A stretch of 64,000 nucleotides of DNA from Lama glama. Its lineage: Eukaryota. The notes under the pieces are model-generated. The model did not search any database. It was not told where the DNA came from and worked only from the letters and a program-made list of their open reading frames with translations. The position numbers were made by a program, and so were the translations under genes. The stretch is from positions 98,830,001 to 98,894,000 of the forward strand of contig CM052816.1 of assembly GCA_028534125.1 (NCBI GenBank), read 5' to 3'. Shown here piece by piece: positions 49,386 through 62,130 of this stretch (positions are counted from its first letter, which is position 1; the number at the start of each line of letters is the position of its first letter).

Positions 49386-52300
49386 TTTTTTTTTAAATAG
49401 TCTCTGTCTCTTAGAGTTGTCATTAAGCTAAGTGAGATGACAAACGGGATAAAATGGGAAATCCTTGGGCAAGTGTTTGGCAAATAACCTCCAGTGAGTT
49501 ATTACTGTTCCTTCTGCTACTGTCATTGTCATCACTGTTTCCTGCACTGTAATTAGCCCAGTAATTTTATTCATTATTTAACAAGTGTTGAAAAGCACCT
49601 ACTGTGTGTAGGCATTTATGTGCTTGTGATTGGTAATCAGAACAGATTCATGACGTCAGCTTGAAAGAGACATAAGTAAAATAGACACTTTTTTTTAAAG
49701 TAAACTTATGCAGCAAAATGAGAAATATCTTGAGTCAAGATACTTGGTGGCAATACCAGAATGACTTTCAAAGTCATTTTCAGGGTGACTGATCTTATTT
49801 TGTTTACTATACTTGGTTTTCATATACAAATATTGACTTCTAAACATTCATAGATGGTGTTATCAGGGATTCCGTGACCTTGATGGACATCAGTAGTCTT
49901 CCCTGGCCATTCATGGGCATCACATCCCAATTCTACAGTAAGGATTCAGCTTGGACAATCGTTCCTCTGGAAACCCACCCTGACGCCGCTGTCTCTCAGC
50001 AAGGCGGGGCGGGGCGAGGCGTCTGCATCTTCATTCTCCCGGCACCCATACAGGTCCTTAGCTCATCACTGCGCAGCAAAGCTTTCTGTCCCTGCTTCTC
50101 CCGTCAGACAGTGCGCCCCTCGGGCCCGGCTCCGGCAGGCCCCGGCGAGGCACAGTTCTGAAGCACAGCCACCACTCACGTGAGATTCAAAGTAAAACAT
50201 TAATTTTAGGTTTGTCTTTCTTCTTTAACAATATTTATTTACTAAAATGAAACCACACCATTAGCTATGAACTGTCACAGTGTTCCTCAAATCAATTATC
50301 CGAGGACTAGAGCAGCATTTTCCCAAATTCAAAATTTGAGAACCAGGAGGAAGAGCTATGTATTAGTTGGGAAATGCCTTGTCTCATATTTGTAAATCAT
50401 TTTCTCTAATTGAGTAATACGATCTAGTAAACTCTTAATTAAACAGTAATACATTTTAAATGAAAAGTCGTACGCTTGTGCTATTGATTAAATAGGAAGA
50501 ACAGAATTTAGATCATTTCCCACTACCAGGGAGCTTGTTTTCAAAGTGGCCTCCACTAGGTCTGCAAAGGCGTGTGAGTGATGACAGAGCAAAGCAAGGA
50601 GACCCCTGACTCAGAGAGCCGAGTCACCTAGAAGCCCAGCTGAGAAAAGCCTGACCAAGATCTATCTAGAACTTCCATTAGAACCCAGAAGAACAAAGAG
50701 TAACAATAGTAACAAAAAGGAGCCATCATCTAATGTAAAAGATATGCTATTTTTCTTCATGTGTTAATAGGTTTGAAGGAGAACGGCTGGGGTAACCATC
50801 AATCACGAAAGAAATAACAAGACTTGGCAGCTACTTGAGGGGCATTTCCATTCAATAATTTTATTATCTGGCTAAAGACTGAGGACTCCTCAATCCTCCC
50901 TTTTTTGTCTTTAAAATGCCTTTGATTTGTCCTATCCTATGGCAAATGCCCCTGAATCTCACACTCATAATTCTAGTTGAGGTCGGCTTTGCAGTGACCC
51001 TTCGTAGACAAAATCCCAGCGAAGTTGGAATTAATGTGCTTGGAAGATGAATGGTGAAAACATCCAGGGACCAAAATACTGAATTCCAGTGTCGATTATC
51101 CAGGGGAGTCTTTTTTCCTGTTCTTTTCACTTCTTTATCTTTTATGTAGTTGTCATTTACAGCTTTCGCTGTTAACTCCCATTGAGTTCAAAGACAGCCA
51201 GAAATCTCAAGCTGCGGCTGGCCAGCTCTATTCACAGAACAGACTCCAGGCGTGGGAAGACCTTGGCTCACAGAGATTGGGGGTGTCAATGAGCCTGCAC
51301 CCCAGCTGGGTTCATGGGAAGCACCTCACTCAAACTCCACAAACGAATCCAAGGGTGCTCTGAAAGGCGGGGCACACCGCCCTACCTCACAGATGGCTTC
51401 CATTATTGGTCTGAGCCTTTGTTGAAGAAAGCCAAGGAAGAGACTGAGGCCTTTAGTGCCTTACATGAAGAGGTCTAGCTCTTTCCTTAAGGCAGATCTA
51501 CTTTTCTTGGGAGAGTGTGGCAGATGTCAGCCATGCTGTCTCCATGGTTAACAAGTGTGCCAAGTAGCCATCACCCTATCCTCGTCAATTCCCCGTCGTA
51601 GCCATTCTCAAACCAAAAGCCTTTTACAATTCAAAGTAGACATGAGCCCAGCCAGTACCAAATTCCCCTAAAAAGCAGAATGCTAATATTTAAAAAAAAA
51701 GATACAGCATTTGCACACATGCAGTATTTTAAGGAATTGGTTATGAATGCCCCTTTGGCATCCAACATTCACATACATACACGCAAAATCTTCATAAGAC
51801 GCAGAGTCTGAACTCCCCCTTTCCAAAGAGGAAAAAGGAATTTAAGAGAGACTTAGAGTGTTTTCTGGAGATGTAACAAATGTTCAAAAAAATCTGTCAA
51901 ACTTAACACGCTCAGACCTTAATGTTTTAACCACATGTTTTCACTTGGCGACTTCTGTCATGTCTCCCTTATATGTGTCTGACTAATTAGTATGTGTCCG
52001 AGAATCTAAGCACCTACTAAACTTTTCCCCCCTAAAATTATGGAAATAGTTTAAGAAAAGTAAAAGATAAGCCATTCATATTTCAGCGTGAGTCAGCCTG
52101 AGGGACTGTACCTTCTCCGCTTGGCCCGACGCTCCTCGCCCTAGGGTCCCAGCAAAGGGGACCGCCTGAAGCATGAGGATGTTTACTGTCTAACGCAGAT
52201 ACTGAGAAAACGAGGGAAGCACCAGTGGAATCATCAGCCTAACACCGCCCTGCCCTGGATCCACCACTGTGTTTGGAATGAACGTTCTCCTTTGCAAACA

Positions 52301-52785
52301 CGTTATCACCATCAGAATGGCAGACACAAAGGGCTTTCAAGCATTGGACCAAACAGTCTACACGGCCAGTCGCTGAACACCACCGTTCTATTCAGATTGA
52401 AGGGGCTGCCCTAGCGGGAGTAAGCGGCCAGCAAGAGTGACCAGCGAGTCACAGCCCGTCAGAGCAAACCCGTCCCGAGAAGCCGGAGCCTTCAGACTTG
52501 GCCAGGAGTCCTGCGCACAGTCTTCCAGCTGCAGAGGCCTCCCACGGCTCTTCCAGAACAACCTCAAAAGGCAGGGGGTGCACGGTGTTTCCAAACAGGG
52601 AAAGGAAGCAGCCCAACGGATTTTAGAAACTATTACTTGACAATTTTCCTCCCACTTTGACAGATCAAAAAAGTCTGTGAACAATGGAAGAATGAGCTAA
52701 CACACAACAGAAACCTTGTCACTTGTCCCTTCTCACACGTCACTGTCCCCACTGTCTCACGACAGGCGGCAAGAGCTGTACTCAC

Positions 52786-53111
52786 CAAACCTTTGCAGGT
52801 TGAAAGAGCCACCGAGGAGTTTTTGTGGGATCGCAAGGAACCCTGGTAAAAGCAGAACTCCTCGGGCGGGAAAGTCTGCACCGACTTGGTGCCCCCCTTT
52901 CCCAGGGTCTGCACGAGGAATCCAGGGGCCACCAGCTTGACGGAAGTTGTCAGATCCATGTGGAAGTCGTGCCGGAAGCCTTTCAGCCGAAGGTGCAGAG
53001 CGTCCACCCCGCGCTGCGCCAGCGCCCGTTTCCGCCTCTGCGGGTGCGTGATCTCGTGGGACACGTAGTTGCCGTTGGGGTCAACCTCATAGGGGGACAC
53101 CAGGTCATACT
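52786..53111 (-). CDS. ADAMTS16: ADAMTS16 exon 3, prodomain ([11 protein letters not shown]...QRRKR...STCKGL)
   Basis: Acceptor ctttcag|AG, donor TTG|gtgagt; 326 nt; contains RRKR furin-type site and FCFYQGSLRSH...VALSTC prodomain motif. Confidence 0.96.
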
Positions 53112-56100
53112 CTGAAAGCGAGAGAGGGGATGCGCTGAGTGATTTCAGAATTCTGGAAAGGATCAGGAAGTTTTCAAATACAACTTATGGCCTGATGGTA
53201 TTTCCACCCCACAGAAAAGGAAACTGTGGAATGCGTAAAGTCAGCTGGAAGGGACGATCTCCACAGGGCCTTTCAGGAGGTCACGCTCATCCCTACAATG
53301 TGTTACCGCCGATCCAGCAAGTGCTACGACACATCTAAGGAACAACAGATTACAGGCCAACTGAAGCTAAGGGTGGACTTTTCGGATTATAGAGTAATTT
53401 CTTTAGAGTAATTATAATAAGGACTCATTTTTATAGTTCTAAACATTCCTTTCATCCTATTGCCTTTTATCAATACCTTCATTCCACTGCTAAGAAATTA
53501 TAGCTTAAAAATAGTGATGATTTTTGCAGAAAACAGTTAAAAAGACAAATATGATGGCCATTCTTTGGTGCTTAATTTCAAAATACCTAATTATGAATCA
53601 CAGAACTACAGGAGAAAAGGCAGAATGCACATAGTCTCATCTTTTTAAAAATTTGTATTTATCAAGAGAAACTATGCCTTAGCCCTGATACTCATGGTTC
53701 TTAGTTTCACAGTCTCATAGTTTCATAGTTTTGGAACACACGTAAGTGACAAACTTCCACGGAACTCAACCCAAAGAAATGTTCAGGTTGGGAGACGCTT
53801 GGATGTGGATTTGCTCCCAGTGGAAACCACCGCTGGCCCTCCGAGCGGCCCGCGTTCTGGGCACCTGACCGTATTTCACACTTCGGGGCCATCCAAAGAC
53901 ATACACCACTCTTCTCCCCACTCTAATGTAAATTATACCGGGCTAAAATGTGCTCAAATAAATGGTTTATTTGTAAAACGTCAAAGGAAGGGAAACCCCA
54001 AGGAGCTGGCAGAGCACCCATACGTTCTGCCGGGCTGCACACACAGACAGGCCGGGCTCTGCGCTGCGTGCCTGTGAGCCACTCTCCTCTCTGCTCAAAG
54101 TATGGGGGGAACGTCTGTGGCATCTGGGCAGGGATCCCCGCTGCCCTTCTCAGAGCAGTGCCACTGTCTTCTCCAAAGAGGCTTCCTCCTTTCTAGAGTC
54201 ATTTAGCTTTCATTGCTACGGCCAGGAATTTTCCTTTCATTGCCACCATCAATACATCATCTTCCCCACTCAGAGGTCAGGGAGAGTTGGTTCCTGGGTG
54301 GGCGGGACCAAATGTGGACCAGAGACATAGGGGAGGACTTCACACCGGGATCAGAGCGTCCCACACCGCCATGTTCTGAACTGGGACTGGACTCTGAGGC
54401 CATGTGCAGGTAGACTTGTCAAAGCTGAGGCTCTGGAATATTTTAGTTAACAATCTGTTAGCTTGGTTTGCACCTTTCATATATGTAAACGATATCTGGT
54501 ATGTGTCTCCATCTGCACGCCAGCGATGGGCCTGCGCGTGTCCGGACAGGGGCCTGCTTCCTGGGTTGCGCTGTGTCTAAATGCCAGAAAGTAACAGGTG
54601 AGCAAGATGTCAGGTCTCCTCCAAGCTCCCGCTGAGATGCCTTTGAAACGCACGCCGGGCCCCAGCATCAGAAGGCTAGTCCTACACTGAAGTGGACAGT
54701 CTTCAAAGACAAAGCACAACTTCTTGTTATATGGACAACAAGACCCAATTCAAATGCTCTCATCCTGGTTCTAATATCCTAAGAAAGCATATATATTCTT
54801 CCTTTATTATCAATTTACGCTCGCAAGAGACGCTCTGTTAGACACTGAATGACTGGGCCCTCAGCACGAGTTGGTCCTGCTTCCTGGAGTCATGAGACAA
54901 AACAAAACAGGGTCCTGCAGAATGACATTTGGTCATGAGTCACAGGACTCGGGTAATTATTTTTTCTGGAATAAGACATTTTTCTTTGCAACCCAAACAC
55001 TTGATGTGTATACTTGCCTGCGTATCCCCGTGCAGTCCTGGCAGGTGACTGAGGGGTTGCGCTGGAACAGAGCAGGTGGCAACCTGTGGATGGCGATGGC
55101 AGGCGTGTGTCTGGGTTTGGGAGAGGCAGGGGGGCCATGGATGTGAGGCACTGCCCAGAGCCCCCTGTGTGGAAGCCCATGGCGAGGTGAGAGTCAGGGG
55201 CCCGACACCCAACCCCATGAGGCGGCAGAATAACCAAGGCCTTAGTGGTGGCCTGTTCAACCTGAACCCAGGTCTCCTGCTTCTTAGGTCAAGTGCTTTG
55301 ATCTCTAACCCCCCCGGGATCACTCCTGGGCCCAGGGGCCTGGCGCCTCACACAGGTAGCGGGTGAGCTGGACCCCATGCAGACTAGACAGGCAGGAGGT
55401 TCTGGCTGGCAGACGCAACAACCAGTCTTTGAAGTACATGTCAAATGGGACACTGTGTCTGATACGACAAAGTGCATCGGGGTTGTTCCATATGTCACTT
55501 CAGAAAACGAAAAGAGTAAAACAAATCTGGTTAAATTGCATGCAATAATAAAAAAATAGGGGGCTACAAATTAGGAATTAAAGGGCCAGAGTAAGTACGT
55601 GATCACAGTCTGTCTGGACCACTCCTGAAAAAAGGGAAAAGCGCTTGCCTATCCCGTGTGCACTTTCCCACCGCCTTCCTCGCCCCTGGCTCTCTGGACC
55701 GACGGGAACAGCTGGCGTGCCGCAGTCATGTTAACACATTTTGCCCTGCCGCGCGGGCTCTGGGGAGTGTCTCCACTTCCCCACTAGCCTGTGTCCATCC
55801 CAAAAGAGTCCACGGAATCAAGACAAAGCATGTGGACTGTTCCAAACATTGGCTAATGAGCCAATTCACTGCACAGAAAAACATTATTACGATTAAAAAG
55901 TTGAATTGTTCCCAGATGACTTAAAGCTATATTCTTATGACCTTTATTTTGGAGGACATACAATCTTCATCCTTTATAGTGGGGGGGGCATATTTCTATT
56001 TTTTTTTTCAAAATAGCAACTTTTAAGCCTCTTTTAGAGAAACCCAGTGTTGTGCCAACACATATATGATGACCAGCTGTGGGGGTGGCGGGGTGCAGAA

Positions 56101-56601
56101 GGAATAGCCTAGTTTAAATCATCTGCCTATTTCCCCGGGATAAAGACTCCCCCCGTAGCTGCTGTGGATTACCAGCGGGACGTCTGAAGACGGAGTTTCA
56201 AGGCTTGCATGACAGCACGTCCTTATAATTTCCACCATGCAGACACAGTGCAGGCAAGGAACCTCAAGAAGGCAGAAGACCAAAAACTCATAGAGCTGTA
56301 AGGTGATGAGTTCTCAGTGTTTTAATTCTGTTTTTTTTTGTCCAATTATATATAAGAAATTTATTTATGACAAGGTAGGCAACACTATGCAATGAATAAG
56401 GAAAATGTTTACATTCGTTTTATGTTCAATATATTTAGTTTCCAAGGAACCAGCTCACAGAGTCCCTACAAGGTAACAGTCAGCCCTGGGGACCTGGCCT
56501 GACCCTGCCCAGCACACCAGCTCGAACCACCGCAAAGCCACTCCTTGACATCAGTCACATCCCTTCCTGAGACTGAGGGTGAATATGGGTGAACGTTTAG
56601 T

Positions 56602-56807
56602 CCGGTGGTTCCCAACAAGGGTGCTACGCTGCCCCCAACCCCCAAGAGACACTTGGCTGTGTCTGGAGACACTGTGATTGTCACAAAGCAGGAGGGGAGT
56701 GTGGTGCTTTTAGAATGTGTTGGGTGAATCCAGGAATGTGGCTATGCATCCTTTCACGCACAGGACAGACTCCCACAGCAAAGCATCAGCAGTGCCAGGA
56801 AATCCTG
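56602..56807. mobile_element. MER20 DNA transposon relic
   Basis: ccggtggttcccaac...gacacttggctgtgtctggagacactgtgattgtcaca...caggacagactcccacagcaaag. Confidence 0.8.
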
Positions 56808-58616
56808 ATTCCCCCAGAGCACGGTCCTTGGTGTCAAACAGGCTCTCTCAGTTACGTGCAGATGAATGTGAAAGAGGTCAGAGCCAAAGAATTCAGTGAA
56901 TGAACAAAGTAAGCATAGCTTCTCACCATACACACTTCCTGCTGTTCCCAGAGAAGTTAATGTATCATCACAGTGAACTCACAGTTTTAAAGTAACTCCT
57001 GAGCTTAGGTTTTAAGATGATAATACCCCGAACTACTGTCTGGTGACTTCAAGAGAAAAGCATTACTGAGATTCCTGACCCTTGACAATCCTTCAGTGAG
57101 ACCCTGGTTCGGCAGAGGCTTTCCATAAGCTGAAAAGACTCACACATGGCTGTACCAGTCAACACTCCGGACTGCGGGATTTTAAGAGGTTTCTTGACCA
57201 CAACAGCAAGGCCAGCGACACCCCAGTCCGAAACTCAGTGCAGGCGGCGTGGACCACCGGCGAGTATGCTCAGCCCGGCTTGTGCCAGCTGCAGAGAACC
57301 GATTTTGCACGTGGCGTCCTAACTCTGTGTTCAAGGGCAGTGCCTCCATAGCTCGGAATCAGCCGCAGTGGGCGTATTTACCCCGTGGGAACCAGCGAAG
57401 GTTACAAACCAGAGCCCCGAGAGCCTGTTGCTAACCATTAACAAGCTCACCGCCGGGCCAGCCTGCCTCGTGTTGTGTGGGTGTGTGAGTAGAAATCAAT
57501 ATAAACTTCAGTGCACACACACAAACACACGTCGCTCACGTCCAAGGACGCACAGTCCTCAAAAACTTCCGACCCATGACCTGGAAGTTAACAAACTTGT
57601 GCTTTGTCTCTGCTCTTAACAAGACTCAAGGTAAATCTGCGGGACAAGCATTCAAGTCTCCTATTAAGGCAAAGCGATGCTGATCAGCCAGAATGAAGTG
57701 GGTGCACTTCATGTCTAAAAACAGAACTGATCTCAGTTTCCTCCTGTTGCCTCACAGAATACATGGGGTTCTCTCTCTTAGTGCGAAATTACTGCAGACA
57801 CCCAGTGCCATCGGAAAGACAGGTTGAAATATGTGGTAAACAAACCTTATGGCCAAAAGAGATACTTCAATGCCAATGTGGGGTTTTGAACGGATACCCA
57901 GACATCCGGCAGGAAGCTAACGGCAGCGTCGCACAAAGCCTCCTCCAGCTCTGCTGCCCTAGGTCAAAAGAGGTGACGCACTGCGCAGCAAAACTCTGTT
58001 TTCTGGGGTGCGAACGCTTCCCACTGAGCCCCCCCTCTCCACTGAGCCTTCTGTAACTGAAGACAGAAAACATTTGCATGCTGGGGGGGGCGGGGGGGGT
58101 GTCCCCTAAGACAGAACCTCAGGACATCACTAATGAATTCTCACACCTTCCCGTTGAGGTTTTGAGCAAGGGAGGTAAATGGTTGTCATGGGAACGCCGG
58201 GCTCAGGACACCAGCTGAGATGCCAGGGGATTAGATGCACGTGCCAGGCAGCCAGGGGTCCAGCTTGCGGAAGGAGGGCACACTGGGGCAGGAAGGAAGT
58301 CTTGGCTTCTTCTCCTGGAAGTGGTTATCTAACGCTCTCACCTAACAGAAAACTTCGTAAATGCTAGAATCCACTCTGAAAAACCTCCTGAGACCTTCAG
58401 GAATATTCATGATTTTAGAAAACTAGAATTTTCACAAAAGTCTTTTTTTCTTTAAGTGGGGAAGGACAACTGACTACAACATGAATGATTATATAGTAGC
58501 ATGAATCATTAAAGAGGACAAGGGCAAGCCCAAGAAGGTGAGCTTTAAACAGATTAGCTTTCTCTTGCAAAAAACATGGTGACAAGCAATTTTTAAACGT
58601 TTTCTCTCATTTACAT

Positions 58617-58635
58617 CTGGCGCCCTCTGGTGGCC
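58617..58635 (-). promoter_or_regulatory. CTCF consensus site in intron 2
   Basis: Minus strand reads GGCCACCAGAGGGCGCCAG, a full match to the CTCF core CCASYAGRKGGCRS. Confidence 0.75.
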
Positions 58636-59661
58636 CCCGAAAAGGTCCCACGTTCCAGCATTCATCTGATTTATCACTTTATTTATAGGCTATTCATACA
58701 GCATTCAGGAAGAGAGAATCTCAATAATTAATGCAAATATTTAATTATTGTCTTTGTGGAACGTTATCAAGACGCAGGAATTCTGAATTATTGACTCAAA
58801 TTTTCCAGTTTTCTGCAACTATGTTGGGATAATCAAACCTAATTCTTCTTCTGTAAGTCACTAGTAACATTTGAGATGGTAATTAATAGTTGGAAATGAT
58901 GCAAAGTACTCGTAGTTAACAACTGCCAATGGATTGGGTTCAGATAAAAATCAGCTAGCAACTGACGTTGCGCGCCTGCTTTCTCGTTTACCCTAAAGTA
59001 GTTCAGGATAGGGAGGTACTTCCCGTGAGACATGGAATGCTAAATGCTCCCTGTGAACGGCGAATGTAAAACCACACATTGCAGAAGGGTCCGACTTGCC
59101 TTTATGCCAAATCGTGGCACAACCTTGGACATCGCTTCTGACGTCACAAAACGCTAATTACCCATTCCGTGAACTACTATGTTCCAATTACGCCCAACTC
59201 CGAAGAGCATCCTTTTGGATACTAAGAAGTACTGGGCAACAGTGGCTGGCTGATGCTCCCTGCTGTGACAGTGAAGGATGTTCAAGTTAAAAGGTCATGG
59301 GGAAACAGGAGGGGCAGGGAGCTGAGGGGATGAGAAGGGCGAAATAAGCTGCTTATAATTGCTTTGAGGTATACACTACTACAACTCCAAGACTATCCCT
59401 TCCATCTTTAATTTTTTTAAATAGATGCATTTCCTTACTTTCTTCCCTAATGTTTATGGTAATAACGCTGGTAAACCTGCTTCTGTTTTACAGGGAAACC
59501 GTAACTATTGGTGAGAGTTGACTCACAGGTTGGATGCACTGCAGTATCTTACAGAAAGTTCCTAGAGCTGTCAACATTTGCAGCACACTGTAAACCAGCG
59601 CTAAGGGGGTTTACGAGCTTCTACTGCAAGGATTCCACCCCCCCCCCCGTCGCAGACTTAC

Positions 59662-59764
59662 CGCCCTTTTCCACCCAGCCCAGCTGCTCCGCGGGACCAG
59701 GAGGACGCCGGACGCTCGGGTTCCCGGGCGAGGTCGCTGCGGGTCCCACGGCGCACACAGGTGC
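59662..59764 (-). CDS. ADAMTS16: ADAMTS16 exon 2 (APVCAVGPAATSPGNPSVRRPPGPAEQLGWVEKG)
   Basis: Acceptor ttttccagcag|GCA, donor G|gtaagt; 103 nt, phase 0 to 1; joins exon 3 to give KG-E-YDL. Confidence 0.92.
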
Positions 59765-59852
59765 CTGCTGGAAAACAGCGGCGACACCTCGGTGAGACGG
59801 GGTCTGAGCCAGGGGCGCCTTGGGGACCCTGCCCCCAGAGTCGGGGACTCAC

Positions 59853-59912
59853 CTGCACACCCACCTGAGCCAGCAGCAGCACCCAGAGCACCGCGCAGCC
59901 GGGGACCCGCAT
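59853..59912 (-). CDS. ADAMTS16: ADAMTS16 exon 1 coding part: signal peptide MRVPGCAVLWVLLLAQVGVQ (an in-frame upstream ATG at 59984 would add 24 aa)
   Basis: ATG in GCC-ATG context at 59912, hydrophobic signal core, donor CAG|gtgagt at 59853/59852. Confidence 0.9.
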
Positions 59913-61610
59913 GGCCGGGCTGCCCCGCGCGACCCGCGCCCGCCGCCGGCGCTGCGCCCCCGCGGGGATAACGCACGGCTTCATCCAGGGGCGCTTGGAG
60001 GGGCCCGGGGCCGCGGGATGCTCCCCAGCCCGGCGGCGTGCAAGTGGCCACCGAGGACCGACCCGGCCCGCGCGCAGGACGATGCCCCGCCGTGGCTGCG
60101 CCGCCCGCGCCGGGCTTATTACTGCGGCTCCGCGCCGCGCGGGGGGCGGAGTGGTGGCCGCGGCGGCGGGGGCGGCGGCGGAGAACCCGCCCGCACCGTG
60201 GGAGAGCCGGGGAGGGGGAGGGCAGGGCAGAAGAGGGCAGGAGGTGGGAGGGCGAGGACGGGAGGGGAGAAACGACGGGGGAGGGAAGAGGCAAGAGAGA
60301 GGGCGCCGGGGTGGGGCGCGAGGGGAGGAGGACCGCGCGCTCGCTGCAGTCAATGCCTTGCCGGAGGTCCCGTGGGCACGCGGCTGGAGAGGATGGCCGG
60401 GGGCGGGAGAGGGGCGAGAAGGTTGGGCCGGGCGCCCTCCCGGGACCCTCTGGACCTGCAGTCCGCTGCTGGACTGGCTGGCACCTGGCCGCACCGTCCC
60501 CGGCTCTACCCGAGCCCCACTCCCTTGGGCCGGAGCTGCGCATCCAAAGGCCAGACACCTGCCGCCCGCCGGAATGCGGTGGGAGGGCGCCTGGGCTCAG
60601 CTGGGTCGGTCCTCCTGCCCCGAGGGAGATCAGCTGAGAAATAGAGGCGCCAGGATCTTCTTCGGGACGCGTGGATCTGGGTATACACGATTGTGTGTTA
60701 CTCGCTGGCTTGTGAAGTGATGGAAGACAAGGGGGTCGAGGAACGCCGTCTTCCACGCAGTCTGCCCTGGGCTCCCGTGCCGCTTCTCGGTCGCCCTTGA
60801 CCGGCCTTGCTAGGAGTGCCTGTGCAGGGGCTGCTGGCTGCCTGGGTACAGCGGGTCGATCGGCCGATGGGAGGCTTTGGGGTCGCGGATGGGCCCAGGA
60901 CAGTGCAGCCACCGTGCGGGTCTTGCAAGGAGGCCGAGGGAGCAGCAGACACTCAGCCACCGGCCTGGCTACGAGGCCAGAGCGTGTTCTACGCCTACTG
61001 AAGGACGCACGTGTGCATGTTTGAATATGAGCACGCATGTACACGCGTAGGCGCCTCAGTGCCGGCCTAAGTGTACCGCCCCCACCCCCACATGCGTCTG
61101 CGCTGGAGCGCGAGTGCACCGTGTGCCAGCGCTTGTTCCCAAGCACGTGCTGTGCCTGTGGCCACTCTGCTCCACCGACTGTTACTGGCCTCCTTGACCT
61201 CTAACCTCCAGTAGGTCCCGGGAGTCTGGGTTCATGCTTCATGGTTCTGGTGTCCCTCATGGTTCAGTTTAACCCAGCTTTGCCTGTTTTGTGTATTTGG
61301 GAGAGCAGGATGGAGAGGGAATTGGTGGCAGTGGTCTCTGGCCTCCTTTGCCCAGCTTGCCCTGGGCCTGTAGGTGACTCTTGCCTGTGGCGGTCCTGCA
61401 GCGCCAGACGTCCTGGGCAGGGACGGCAGAGCCCTCTGGCTGTGCAGGGGCTGGCTCCTGCGCGCCCTCATTCTCTCTGTCTCTTTCTATCTTATTCATT
61501 TATTTGAAAACACTCTTCAGAAGTGGAAAAACTGTTTACAGAAAGGCTTTGGGGATGGCCCTAGAGCCCGCCTCGCACGCACTCAGGTACACACGGGTCC
61601 TGATTGGCGC

Positions 61611-61635
61611 CCAGCCCAGCCCAGCCCAGCCCAGC
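61611..61635. repeat. (CCAGC)5 pentanucleotide repeat
   Basis: Read directly; preceded by ATTGG (reverse CCAAT) at 61603-61607. Confidence 0.9.
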
Positions 61636-62130
61636 ACGCCCTGCAGCAAGCTGCTGCAGGGGGACCGCAGGCTGGCGAGGGCTTTGCGGGAGGCAAGGAC
61701 CCGGCGTCCTGAGTACAGGGCATCGCGTGCTCGCTAAACGAGGATCTCTAATTACCACTAATTGTGTCAGACGTGGCCCGCAAGGGAATCAGACTTCCCG
61801 AGTCTAACTCCAGTCACATGAGGACACCCACGGGCTCTCTGTTTATAAGTTCAACAGATGAAATGAAAGAATGGCTGGTCTAAAAGGATTCACTTTTAGG
61901 AACTCTCCTCCCTTTTGAATACTGCCAAAATGAATCTCTTCATTGTGAAGAAAGAAACATTTTTTTCATCATTTACAGTCAGAATATTTTTCAGTTTTCT
62001 CAGTTCCCAATTTCAACGCTCTTTCCAGACGGAGGGCAGACTGCAGCGTGGGGGCCAGGGTGGGCGCTGAGACGGGGGCACGTGGTGAGCTGGGTGTAGA
62101 AGGACCACAGAACTCTCGACCTACAAGATT

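Larger units (their letters stand above)
4113..59984 (-). other. ADAMTS16: ADAMTS16 gene span, coding exons 1-9 (gene continues beyond the left edge of the window)
   Basis: Nine GT-AG exons (60/132, 103, 326, 283, 200, 84, 160, 106, 138 nt) splice into one open frame with intron phases 0,1,0,1,0,0,1,2,2. Peptides [54 protein letters not shown] and HESGHNFGMVHD match ADAMTS16 as I recall it. Confidence 0.96.
59640..61130. promoter_or_regulatory. CpG-island promoter of ADAMTS16
   Basis: Very GC- and CpG-rich and spans exons 1-2. GC box GGGGCGGAG at 60143-60151, EGR1/WT1-type GCGGGGGCG at 60166-60174, TATA-like TAATAA on minus strand at 60121-60116. Confidence 0.88.

Noticed and set aside
4113..59912. 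Paralog ADAMTS18, or a pseudogene
   Set aside because: Peptides match my recall of ADAMTS16 better ([47 protein letters not shown] together with the LAGRNGVFSW segment), and all nine exons are intact and in frame.
59611..61146. 511-aa ORF and overlapping 200-280-aa ORFs on both strands
   Set aside because: Pro/Arg/Gly/Ala-rich products of stop-poor CpG-island DNA; only the exon 1 and exon 2 segments are supported as coding.
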